From: Candidatus Latescibacterota bacterium
Lineage (GTDB): Bacteria > Latescibacterota > UBA2968 > UBA8231
Reading direction: 5' to 3'
Assembly: GCA_965203355.1 (NCBI GenBank)
Contig: OZ241889.1
Span: 4,061,523-4,125,522, forward strand
DNA length: 64,000 nucleotides
Shown here: positions 7,560-16,484 of the stretch, piece by piece
Layout of the letters: each line of letters opens with the position of its first letter
Position numbering within the stretch: position 1 is the first letter of the stretch
Notes under the pieces: generated by a model
What the model was told of the DNA's origin: nothing
What the model saw: only the letters and a program-made list of their open reading frames with translations
Database searches by the model: none
Position numbers and translations under genes: made by a program

Positions 7560-8117
7560 ATGCTCAGACCCACGCCGGCTGTCAAGTTCACTTATGAGGA
7601 CTATCTGCACACCCCGGAGGACCAGCACTACGAGTTGTTGGACGGAGAATTGATCATGGCCCCCGCACCCAACTTAGAACATCAGCGAGTTAGCACCCAA
7701 TTGGGATGGCGCCTCGCTCAATTCGTGGAGGAGAGGGGGATAGGCGAGGTCTTTTTCGCTCCCTGCGACGTAGTACTGTCGAACACCGACGTAGTTCAGC
7801 CAGACTTACTGTTCGTCTCCCGCGATCGAGCGCACCTACTACTCGGCGGCGCACAGGTCCTCGGCGCACCAGACTTGGTAGTAGAAATCCTGTCGCCCTC
7901 CACGGCCGGGCGAGACCGGACGCTCAAACGCGCCCTGTATGCGAAACACCGGGTACAGGAATACTGGCAGGTCGATCCTGATGCTCGGACAGCGACGGTG
8001 CTAAAGCTAGCTGGGGATGCTTTTGAGTTGGTGGGCCTGTACGGCGAAGGGCAGACGCTGAGCTCGCCGACGCTTGCCGACTTCGCCGTTGATCTGAACG
8101 AGATTTTTGGGGTATGA
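7560..8117 (+). CDS. Uma2-family (DUF820) PD-(D/E)XK endonuclease
   Basis: 185 aa with YELLDGELIM, QPDLLFV, PDLVVEILSPST and Y..GVQEYWQVDP, characteristic of the Uma2 family. Confidence 0.85.
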   Translation: MLRPTPAVKFTYEDYLHTPEDQHYELLDGELIMAPAPNLEHQRVSTQLGWRLAQFVEERGIGEVFFAPCDVVLSNTDVVQPDLLFVSRDRAHLLLGGAQVLGAPDLVVEILSPSTAGRDRTLKRALYAKHRVQEYWQVDPDARTATVLKLAGDAFELVGLYGEGQTLSSPTLADFAVDLNEIFGV

Positions 8118-8542
8118 TAAAACCAGGCCCTGCGAATTACCGGCGGCAGATCGCACTATCTTCGAGGCGGCACTCTCGCACTGTGATCATCGGAGGCAAT
8201 AAGTCGCCGCACGCTACTCACGACGCTCCCAAACATCCTCGTTGTCTCCTCGAAGAGTATATCCTGCTGCTGATTCCGCGCCGGGAGACCATTGAGCGCA
8301 AAAGCCAAGACGATCTCCCACGCCCCGAATCCTTCCGCTTCATCCGCCACGCTGAATCGACCATAACCCAAGTGCCGACGAGATCGTCACCGGGTGCTGT
8401 GGGAGAATTGAGTAGTGGTACGTTTTGAGATTTAGCTTTACTCGCGTTAAACGGGTCGCCCCGCTCCGCCTGAACCCGGCACCGAAAACGCACCGCGACA
8501 ATTTACGCTTGCAAAACGCACCACTACCGACGCACGGGGCGA

Positions 8543-10120
8543 TTACTCGCAGGAGGCCAGCCCGAGTTTGTCTAAATCATGGTTCGGTATCGCTTCCACA
8601 GTGGCCGGGATGCACCCCGTCAATTGGTTTTTTCTGAGTTTTAGGATTTGCAGTTTTTCGAGTTTTCCCAAGGCTTCGGGAATCTTCCCGGTCAACCTAT
8701 TTCTGATGAGGTTTAGGGTTTGCAAGTTTTCGAGTTTTCCCAGGGCTTCGGGAATCTCTCCCGTCAACTGATTCCCTATGAGTTTTAGGGTTTGCAAGTT
8801 TTCGAGTTTTCCCAGGGCTTCGGGAATTTCCCCCGTCAACCTATTTCTGATGAGAATTAGGCCCGTGACGCGGCCTTGGTCGTCGGTGGTTACGCCATGC
8901 CATTGGTTCAGCGGGGCGTCGCTGTTCCAGCCGATGCGACTCTCCCAGCCATCGCCGCCCGTAGCCTCATAGAGCGCGATCAGCGCGTCCCTATCCGAGG
9001 TATCGGTACCAGAATCATCGGCGGTATCGGTATCAGCCGAACAGGCGCCCAGCCCTAGTTGGTCCAAGTCATTGATCGATATCGCTTGCAAAGCGGCCGG
9101 GATGCACCCCGTCAACGGGTTGTCGCTGAGTAAGAGGACGCGCAGATTTTCGAGTTGCGCTAATTCTTTGGGAATCGCCCCTGTCAACCCATTGCCTTCG
9201 AGGTCTAGCTCTTGCAGGTTTTCGAGTCGCGCTAATTCTTTGGGAATCGCCCCCGTCAACCCATTGCCTTCGAGGTATAGCCTTTGCAGGTTTTCGAGTT
9301 GCGCTAATTCTTTGGGAATCGCCCCCGTCAACCCGTTGCCGTTGAGATCTAGGAATTGCAGGTTTTCGAGTTGGCCCAACTCGGCGGGAATCGCTCCCGT
9401 CAACTGGTTCCTTCTGAGTTCCAGGTATTGCAGGTTTTCGAGTTGGCCCAACTCTACGGGAATCGATCCCGTCAGCCCGTTGTCGTCGAGGGCTAGGGCT
9501 AACAAGTTTTCGAGTCGCGCTAATTCTTTGGGAATCGCTCCCGTCAACTGGTTCCTGCAGATTGTTAGGAGTTGCAGATTTTCGAGTTGGCCCAACTCGG
9601 CGGGAATCGCCCCCGTCAACTGGTTGCCGTCGAGTTCTAGGGCGACCAAGTTTTCGAGTTGGCCCAACTCGGCGGGAATCGATCCTGTCAACCCGTTGCC
9701 TGTGAGATCTAGGAATTGCAGGTTTTCGAGTTGGCCCAACTCGGCGGGAATCGATCCCGTCAACCCGTTGCCTGTGAGATCTAGGAATTGCAGGTTTTCG
9801 AGTTGGCCCAACTCTACGGGAATCTCTCCCTTCAACCTGTTCTCGCTTAGGAATAGGCCCTTGACGCGCCCTTGGTCATCGACTTTCACGCCATGCCACT
9901 GGTTCAGCGGGACGTCCTTACGCCAGCCGCCGCGCTTTCTCCATTTGGCACCGCCCGTAGCTTTGTAGAACGCGATCAACGCTTCCCGATCCGAGGGATT
10001 GTCGGTAACTTTACCGGCCGGTGCCAACGGAGCCAGTGGGTTCGAAGCGGGGCTTTCCGGCTGGCGATCTCCACAAGCAAAAAGCAACGAGGCTGCGAGC
10101 AGGACGAATAGACTACGCAT
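8543..10120 (-). CDS. leucine-rich repeat lipoprotein (plant-type 24-residue LRRs)
   Basis: 525 aa with a lipobox-like signal (LLAASLLFAC). Two cap modules (DREALIAFYKATGG..NQWHGV and DRDALIALYEATGG..NQWHGV) are each followed by LxxLxxLxLxxNxLTGxIPxxLGx repeats. Confidence 0.85.
   Translation of the reverse strand: MRSLFVLLAASLLFACGDRQPESPASNPLAPLAPAGKVTDNPSDREALIAFYKATGGAKWRKRGGWRKDVPLNQWHGVKVDDQGRVKGLFLSENRLKGEIPVELGQLENLQFLDLTGNGLTGSIPAELGQLENLQFLDLTGNGLTGSIPAELGQLENLVALELDGNQLTGAIPAELGQLENLQLLTICRNQLTGAIPKELARLENLLALALDDNGLTGSIPVELGQLENLQYLELRRNQLTGAIPAELGQLENLQFLDLNGNGLTGAIPKELAQLENLQRLYLEGNGLTGAIPKELARLENLQELDLEGNGLTGAIPKELAQLENLRVLLLSDNPLTGCIPAALQAISINDLDQLGLGACSADTDTADDSGTDTSDRDALIALYEATGGDGWESRIGWNSDAPLNQWHGVTTDDQGRVTGLILIRNRLTGEIPEALGKLENLQTLKLIGNQLTGEIPEALGKLENLQTLNLIRNRLTGKIPEALGKLEKLQILKLRKNQLTGCIPATVEAIPNHDLDKLGLASCE
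9109..9850 (-). repeat. 72-nt tandem coding repeats (LRR units); a second block lies at about 8599..8860
   Basis: Units 9661..9732 and 9733..9804 are 71/72 identical at the DNA level. The neighbouring units are clearly related. Confidence 0.8.
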
Positions 10121-10343
10121 GGCAAATCCTTTTCGTTGAAAGAGAAGAAGTTGATGGTATGCTTTTTGACATTGACGCTATGCCCATGTCCTGTTAATCC
10201 TTACAACACAAATGAGTTAGTAGCTTAAGAGTGCCGCAAGCGGCGGGATTGTGTCCCAAACTTAACGCTCCGCGCGCTCTGCTGCAAAACTCTCAACGAG
10301 CTGTCAAATGGAAAGGTAGTCGCCCACAAAAAAGGAGCAGACC

Positions 10344-12986
10344 ATGCCTAGCCCAAAATCACTACAACAGCTCTGCCGCCAAACTTTGCCGCTGATGTTG
10401 CAACAGGCGGATGGACAGAAGATGATGGCGGCAGTGCGAGACGTGGTACAGACCGACCGCTGGAATTCATTTGACCGCTTCGGCGAAACGACCGCCACCC
10501 TAACGAATCGCTACGAGGCGGCAGGCGCATCCGTGGAGATCGAATCCATCCAGACCGGAGGGCGGCTGGGATCGGGCCGGTGGATCATCCGCGAGGCCGC
10601 CGATGTGGCCAGCGCGACGGTGGATGTGGTGCATCCAGTCTCCGAGCGAGTACTGGATTGGCAGGAAAATCCTTGGCACGTCATCCAGTGGAGCGCGGCA
10701 ACCCCGGCAAATGGCTTGCGGCTGCGGCTCGTAATTCTCGACCAAATCGAAGATATCCAACGGCAACCAACCGACGGACTCGCCGGGGCGATTGTGCTGA
10801 CCAAGCTAGACCCGCGCGTCCATTTCGCGCGCTTGGCCGCTAAGGGAGCCGCCGCCGTCATCGCCGACCAGCCAGTGCCCAACCTGCCCAAGGCCGTAGC
10901 GTGGACCAAGTTCGGCTGGGGCGCGATTCCCCTCGAACATGCGGCCGCGCGGTTGGTGGGCTTTGCGATCTCTGAGCAGCAAGGGAAGCGGTTGCGACAG
11001 CTAGCGCAGCAGCGCAGCCCCCTAACTCTACACGTCCAAGCCGACATCCGCCGATACGTCGGCAGCCACGACGTGGTCAGCGGCATCATCGAGGGAGCGG
11101 GCGATCCGCAGGACGAGGTATGGGCCATCGCCCACAGCGCCGAGCCGGGAGCCATAGACAACGCTTCGGGCGTGGCCGCCACCTTGGAGATTGCCCGCGT
11201 GATCGAAGGGCTTATCCGAGCGGGCAAACTCGCACGTCCCAAGCGCACCATTCGCCTGCTCAACGCCTATGAGTGCTACGGTTTTTTCGCCTATCTAGAG
11301 CGGGTGCGGCGCTTGCAAAACCCCTTGGCCGGTGTGTGTATCGACTCGATCGGCGCTCAGCCCGCCGTCTGCGCTGGCCGGCTGGAGTGGCACGCGACGA
11401 TCCCCATGTCGGCTGGTTTCGTCGATCGGGTCGGTGCGGCTATCTTGCGGGCCGGAGTGCGGCAACACAAGATGGGCTATCGCGTACATCTGGCGCGCTT
11501 CACGTCGACGGCCGACACGTTGATCGGCGACCCCCAGTACGGATTTCCCTGCCCTTGGATCACCACGCACCACCGCAAGAGCGGGCGCGGCTTTGATGCC
11601 TACCACTCGTCGGCCGACGTGGAAGCATTGCTCAGCCCGCCGGGGCTGGAGACCTGTGCGGCTTCAATGGCAGCCTATCTGTACTACCTAGCCGACATGG
11701 GCAGCCGCGAAGTGGAGGAATTGGTCCGCACCGAGACCCAGTACTTTCTCTCCATATTACAACAGAAAAAGCGGCCCCGCGCCGAAGCCGAATACGTGCG
11801 CGAGGCCCATAGTCGCAGCATACGGCGGCTCGCACGCTGGCTCTGGGGAGGCTGTCGGCGCGCGATCTTGGCGGCTATGGACGAAAGCGAGCGGCAAATA
11901 GCGGGCGCGGCCGCCGAGGCCGCGCTACCGGGCCAGCGAGCGCGGCGCACGGCCCAAGCGCGGCTGGTCCCGCGCCGCACGGCTGTGCTCGCGCCCACCG
12001 CTGAGAACGCGCCCGCCGCGATCAACGCACGCATCGCAGCCGCACAACTACCGCAGTGGGCGCTGTTTTGGGCCGACGGACGCCGAAATCTGGGCGAAAT
12101 CGCCGAGCGCATCGCCTGCGAGGAAGCCGACTATCCGGCCGGGCCACGGATGGAAGGTTCCGTTGCCGTCGATCGAGTACGCGAATACTTCGCAGCACAT
12201 GCTGAGTTGGGCTACGCCGAATTAACCGCCCCGGCTGACATGATCGGCCGCAAGGAACTAGTGCGAGATTTGCGGTGCTTGGGCGTCGCCCCGGGCATGG
12301 ATCTGATGGTCCACAGTTCTCTATCGGCCATCGGCTTTGTCGAAGGCGGCGCTGAAACCGTCGTCGATGCGCTCTTGCAGGCGGTCGGCAAGCGCGGGAC
12401 CCTGCTGGCCCCTTCGTTCAATCACCGAGCGGCAAAAGTCTTCAATCGGCTGACCACGCCCACGACTAACGGCACCATCCCAGACGCGCTGTGGCGGCGC
12501 ACCAACGCCGAGCGCAGTACGCATCCCACCCACGCGGTAGCGGCGATTGGACCGCGCGCTAACTACTATTGTCAAGGGCATCTCGAAGCTGGGATTTGGG
12601 CGCAAGACAGCCCAATCGGCAAATTGATCCACAACGGCGGCTACATCCTCGCGCTGGGGACGACGCACGACACGAGCACGGCCTATCACGTGGCCGAGCG
12701 GTCCGTGCCCTGCGGCTGCATTGAATCTTTTGCAATTCCAGACCGCATCGTGCGCGAGGACGGAATTGTAGAAGAGGTCTTGGGGTTGGCCTTTCGCAGC
12801 GGCCCCTGCCCGGTTCCAACCCACAAGCTGGACGCAACCCTCGACCGGAGGAAGTTACAGCGGCGGGGCAAGGTCGGGCAGGCCGAATGCGAATTGGCGA
12901 AGGCCCACGACCTGTGGCAGGTGCGGCGCGAACACCTGCGGCGCGTCTGTCCCACCTGTACCGTCAAGCCCCAAACGGCGCGGTGA
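10344..12986 (+). CDS. fusion protein: aminopeptidase-like (M28/DUF4910-type) N-terminal region plus C-terminal AAC(3)-family N-acetyltransferase domain
   Basis: 880 aa. The C-terminal ~260 aa carries AAC(3)/Antibiotic_NAT hallmarks: MVHSSLSAIGFVEGG, GTLLAPSFN, THPTHAVAAIGP, SPIGKLIHNGGYILALG and TSTAYHVAE. The N-terminal part has a peptidase-like PA/M28 pattern (HSAEPGAIDNASG); that assignment is less certain. Confidence 0.75.
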   Translation: MPSPKSLQQLCRQTLPLMLQQADGQKMMAAVRDVVQTDRWNSFDRFGETTATLTNRYEAAGASVEIESIQTGGRLGSGRWIIREAADVASATVDVVHPVSERVLDWQENPWHVIQWSAATPANGLRLRLVILDQIEDIQRQPTDGLAGAIVLTKLDPRVHFARLAAKGAAAVIADQPVPNLPKAVAWTKFGWGAIPLEHAAARLVGFAISEQQGKRLRQLAQQRSPLTLHVQADIRRYVGSHDVVSGIIEGAGDPQDEVWAIAHSAEPGAIDNASGVAATLEIARVIEGLIRAGKLARPKRTIRLLNAYECYGFFAYLERVRRLQNPLAGVCIDSIGAQPAVCAGRLEWHATIPMSAGFVDRVGAAILRAGVRQHKMGYRVHLARFTSTADTLIGDPQYGFPCPWITTHHRKSGRGFDAYHSSADVEALLSPPGLETCAASMAAYLYYLADMGSREVEELVRTETQYFLSILQQKKRPRAEAEYVREAHSRSIRRLARWLWGGCRRAILAAMDESERQIAGAAAEAALPGQRARRTAQARLVPRRTAVLAPTAENAPAAINARIAAAQLPQWALFWADGRRNLGEIAERIACEEADYPAGPRMEGSVAVDRVREYFAAHAELGYAELTAPADMIGRKELVRDLRCLGVAPGMDLMVHSSLSAIGFVEGGAETVVDALLQAVGKRGTLLAPSFNHRAAKVFNRLTTPTTNGTIPDALWRRTNAERSTHPTHAVAAIGPRANYYCQGHLEAGIWAQDSPIGKLIHNGGYILALGTTHDTSTAYHVAERSVPCGCIESFAIPDRIVREDGIVEEVLGLAFRSGPCPVPTHKLDATLDRRKLQRRGKVGQAECELAKAHDLWQVRREHLRRVCPTCTVKPQTAR

Positions 12987-15145
12987 ATAGGTCGCTCCCT
13001 GTTCCGTATGGCCGGCACCTCCAAGGGCAAGACGCGGGGCGCGCCGATGCTGAAGGCCGCGCGCATCTGACCCTGCGCGGCTTTTGGGTCGGCGCGTTCC
13101 TCAGCTTCTTCCTGTCCATTGGCGCACCCTACGCCAACATGGCGATGCGGGCGACCAACATGGCCTTCGACTTCAACACGCCAGGGGCCATCTTTCTGTT
13201 TTTGGTGCTGGTCGGCTTGCTCAACACGCTCTTCAAGCTCGCCGCCCGCGACTTCCGCCTAGCAGTAGGGCTAGCACTGCTGGCCACGGGCGGCTTTTGC
13301 GGCTATTGGGCCAGCCGCGGCGCGGTCGATTGGTACTCGCCTGGTTTTTGGTTGGGGGCCTTCCTGGCCCTCTCTTCGCTGTGGAACGTGCCGGTAGTGC
13401 AGCGCGGCGGCACCTTCGCGCTCAACCGCGCCGAGTTGGTGCTGGTGTACGCGATGTTGCTGGTCGTCTCCGCCCTTTGCACTATGGGACTGACCCAGCA
13501 ACTTTTGCCGGCTCTCACCGGCATTTTCTACTACGCCTCCCCAACCAACCAATGGGCCGAAAAGCTCTTTCCGCTCTTTCCCGCGCAGCGCATCCTCGTC
13601 GATGATGGCACCGGCAACCGCGGCTTTTACGAGGGCGGCGCACTCGCCGACATTCCCTACGCCACTTGGGTCGAGCCCCTGTGCTGGTGGGCATTCCTGC
13701 TCCTCTCCCTGTACGTGGCGATGGTATCGCTGGCCGTGATCTTGCGCCGACAGTGGGTCGAGCGCGAGCGGCTGGCCTATCCGCTGACCCAACTCGGGAT
13801 GGCCATCGTGCAAGGCGAGCGCGGCCCCGGGCTGCTCAACGGCTTTCTCAAGCATGGTGCCCTGTGGTGGGGCGCCGCCTTGCCGCTCGCGTTCGGCAGT
13901 CTCAAGGCCCTGCACCAATACTACCCGTCCTTGCCCAGCTTCGGCCTAATGTGGTCGCTGCCGTCGTTCATCGGCCAGCAGAGCCTACAAATCTGGATCA
14001 GCTTCGCGCTCGTCGGCTTTTCCTATCTCATCAGCACTCAAATAGCGGCCGGCATCTGGATTTTCTATTTGCTCTCCAAAGTCGAAGCTGAGTTCCTCGC
14101 CCTATCCGGCCTTAAATCCACGAGCAAGTTCGTCTATGGGGTCTCGTATGAGCCGCTCTTGGCCTATCAGGGCGGCGGCGCACTCATCGCCATGGTACTC
14201 TTGGGCCTGTGGACGGGGCGCGGCCACTTGCGGGACGTATGGCGCAAGGCCCGTAGCCGCCATGCGGACATCGACGACAGCGATGAAATCACGTCCTATC
14301 GAGCGGCCGTGCTCGGAGTGTGCTTAGGCACCGGGGGCATCGTCGGCTGGCTGTGGCTGATGGGTACCTCGCTATGGGTCGGCGCACTCTTTGCGGCGGC
14401 AGCCCTATTGGTGTTTATCGGCATCTCGCGGGTCGTGTGCGAAGCCGGCCTAGCGGCCGTGCGCTCGCCCATGATCGCCCCAGACCTCATCGTGCAAGGC
14501 ATTGGCTCGCAAACGATCGGAGCCGCTGGCGTCTTCAACCTCTCCTTTGCTTACATCTGGTCGGCCGACATCCGCATTTTCCTGCTGGCCATGGTCGCCA
14601 ATAGCTTGAAGCTGATCCAAGACATGGACCGCCGCAGTCGGCGCGTCGTCTTCTGGGCCGTGGTGGCAGCCATCTTTATCGGCGCGGTGGGATCCTGCTG
14701 GATGGTCTTCCACCTCGCCTACAAGTACGGGGGCATCAACCTCGATAGCTGGCGCTTTCGCGGCGGCCCATCCACCATTTACAACGCGGCGCAACGCGCA
14801 CTAGAGCCAGCCGGAGCCGACTGGTTGGGGCTGACGTTCTTTGCCGGCGGAGCCGTGGTCATGGCCCTGCTGACTTGGGCGCGGCACCACGTCTTGTGGT
14901 GGCCCTTTCATCCAATCGGCTTCCCGATTGGCGCAAACTTCATGCTCGACAAAGTCTGGGCTTGTGTGCTCTTGGCTTGGGCACTCAAAAAGCTGATCTT
15001 GCGTTTTGGCGGGGCGGCACACTATCGGACGAGTCAGCATTTCTTCATGGGGCTTATTATGGGCGAGGCCCTGTGCAATGGGCTGTGGCTGGTCATCGAC
15101 TACTTCACGGGCAAAATTGGCAACGCCGTTTTCATTCTGGGGTAA
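12983..15145 (+). CDS. large polytopic membrane protein of unknown function (paralog of 53298..55235)
   Basis: Many hydrophobic segments. Collinear similarity to the second copy: ILRRQWVERERLAYPLTQ vs ILRRQWVDNERLVFPLAQ, IDDSDEITSYRAAV vs IDDSAEILSYRASF, WWPFHPIGFPIG vs WWPFHPLGFAVS. I chose GTG 12983 as the start because it overlaps the upstream TGA (GTGA); the track ORF extends to 12887. The start is uncertain. Confidence 0.7.
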   Translation: MNRSLPVPYGRHLQGQDAGRADAEGRAHLTLRGFWVGAFLSFFLSIGAPYANMAMRATNMAFDFNTPGAIFLFLVLVGLLNTLFKLAARDFRLAVGLALLATGGFCGYWASRGAVDWYSPGFWLGAFLALSSLWNVPVVQRGGTFALNRAELVLVYAMLLVVSALCTMGLTQQLLPALTGIFYYASPTNQWAEKLFPLFPAQRILVDDGTGNRGFYEGGALADIPYATWVEPLCWWAFLLLSLYVAMVSLAVILRRQWVERERLAYPLTQLGMAIVQGERGPGLLNGFLKHGALWWGAALPLAFGSLKALHQYYPSLPSFGLMWSLPSFIGQQSLQIWISFALVGFSYLISTQIAAGIWIFYLLSKVEAEFLALSGLKSTSKFVYGVSYEPLLAYQGGGALIAMVLLGLWTGRGHLRDVWRKARSRHADIDDSDEITSYRAAVLGVCLGTGGIVGWLWLMGTSLWVGALFAAAALLVFIGISRVVCEAGLAAVRSPMIAPDLIVQGIGSQTIGAAGVFNLSFAYIWSADIRIFLLAMVANSLKLIQDMDRRSRRVVFWAVVAAIFIGAVGSCWMVFHLAYKYGGINLDSWRFRGGPSTIYNAAQRALEPAGADWLGLTFFAGGAVVMALLTWARHHVLWWPFHPIGFPIGANFMLDKVWACVLLAWALKKLILRFGGAAHYRTSQHFFMGLIMGEALCNGLWLVIDYFTGKIGNAVFILG

Positions 15146-15194
15146 TTCTATATTCCTTGACATGGCGAGGGGGTGGGCCTATCTCTTTTGCGCT

Positions 15195-16484
15195 ATGAAT
15201 CGACTGATTCTTTTGTTTGCCGCCGCACTCGTCGCCTGTGTCGGCCCCTTCGCCGGCAAGAAGGTCTCGCCTTGGCTTGCACCGCCTCCCGTGCTCAAAG
15301 CCACCTTTTCCAGTGAAGAGGCTGCCGCGCATCTGCTATGGCCCTCGGTGTCTTCAGCGGGCTTTCTCCACAGCGAAATCCAGCGCGCCACCGGGCGCGA
15401 GTTCGCGACCGTAGCGCGGGTGGAATCCGCAACCGACACCACCTTTACAGACAGCGGCTTATTAGCCAACACCCAGTATAGCTACCGAATCGTCAGTTTC
15501 TTCGGCGCGGACGAGACCGTCCACAAACTGGTCAGCACGACGGCGGCGGGCGGATTCCACCGCCGCGTTGCAAACTGGACACTGGACAAGGGCACGGCCC
15601 CCACGCGACTGGCCATTAGCAGCAACGGCACGGTCTTTGTCGTTGGTGTAGGCACCGGGCGCGTCGAGCGCTTCGACCGCACGGGCCGCGCTTTGGCGGC
15701 CTGGGTTTATGCCGTGGAGCCACTGGCCCGTATGGAAACGAGCGCACTGGACGGGCCGGCGCTGGCCCTCGACGACGACGATCATCTCTACGTGGTGTAC
15801 AACCTGCACCGTCCGGGCCAGAAGCCAGAAGCCTTTTGGGCGAAATTTGCCCCAGACGGTCGGCTGTTGTGGACGCGCCCACTCGCCGGGCTGTTCGCCC
15901 GCCACATCGTCATCGACGACGATGCCATCTACATCGAAAGCATCAGCCAATTGCAGCTATTCAACCAAGCCGGTGAACAGCAAATTCAGTACGCCATCCC
16001 GGCCCTGCTGGTGGCCAGCCTGCGGCTTTGGCAAGGGCGTTTCGCCGCGCTAATTGAGCCGTTGGCCCTGCGCGCTGGCGATTGGCAGGCACCCCGGCTA
16101 GTCGTGTACGACAACCCGCAGCGCGCCGCGGCCAGCCGCGTCATGGGCCGCGATCCTAAATCGCATCAGGACCGCGGCAATGGGCTTTTGCTGCGGCCCA
16201 CTGACTTTGCCGTTGATGAAGCCGCGGACCGGGCTTTCGTGGTCAATGCCGGCCACGACCGCATTGAGGTGTTTCAGCGCGGGGTCTATCTGACGCGATG
16301 GGGTGAGAAGGGCGGCGGCGACAACCAATTCCGCTTCACAGGCCGCATCCAAGTGGTCGTCGATATGGCTACGGGCGAAGAGGACGAGCGCGCGGTGGTG
16401 GCCGGCGGCATCGCCCGCGACGCTGAAGGGTTCATTTACGTGGCCGATACCTTCAATGATCGGATTCAGAAGTTCCAACCATGA
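15195..16484 (+). CDS. lipoprotein with FN3-like and NHL-repeat beta-propeller regions
   Basis: Inner ATG giving MNRLILLFAAALVAC (lipobox). FN3-like TDTTFTDSGLLANTQYSYRIV. NHL-type repeats DRAFVVNAGHDRIEVFQ and GFIYVADTFNDRIQKFQP. Confidence 0.7.
   Translation: MNRLILLFAAALVACVGPFAGKKVSPWLAPPPVLKATFSSEEAAAHLLWPSVSSAGFLHSEIQRATGREFATVARVESATDTTFTDSGLLANTQYSYRIVSFFGADETVHKLVSTTAAGGFHRRVANWTLDKGTAPTRLAISSNGTVFVVGVGTGRVERFDRTGRALAAWVYAVEPLARMETSALDGPALALDDDDHLYVVYNLHRPGQKPEAFWAKFAPDGRLLWTRPLAGLFARHIVIDDDAIYIESISQLQLFNQAGEQQIQYAIPALLVASLRLWQGRFAALIEPLALRAGDWQAPRLVVYDNPQRAAASRVMGRDPKSHQDRGNGLLLRPTDFAVDEAADRAFVVNAGHDRIEVFQRGVYLTRWGEKGGGDNQFRFTGRIQVVVDMATGEEDERAVVAGGIARDAEGFIYVADTFNDRIQKFQP

Noticed and set aside
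9072-9968. 298-aa plus-strand ORF with its own repeats (..NSLGIAPVNPLPSRS..).
   Set aside because: It is the antisense reading of the LRR repeats. The periodicity is inherited from the real minus-strand gene.
10511-11263. 250-aa minus-strand ORF. The same applies to similar long antisense ORFs at 3018..3671, 2012..2614, 24492..25346, 37333..38214, 47708..48418, 48219..49379 and 49354..50283.
   Set aside because: All overlap genes with clear family signatures on the other strand or in another frame, and all have Arg/Pro/Ala-rich compositions. These are high-G+C artefacts.
12887-12982. Upstream extension of the membrane-protein ORF overlapping the AAC(3) fusion gene by 100 nt.
   Set aside because: The paralog alignment starts later, and GTG 12983 gives a classic GTGA stop/start overlap. 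The exact start remains uncertain.
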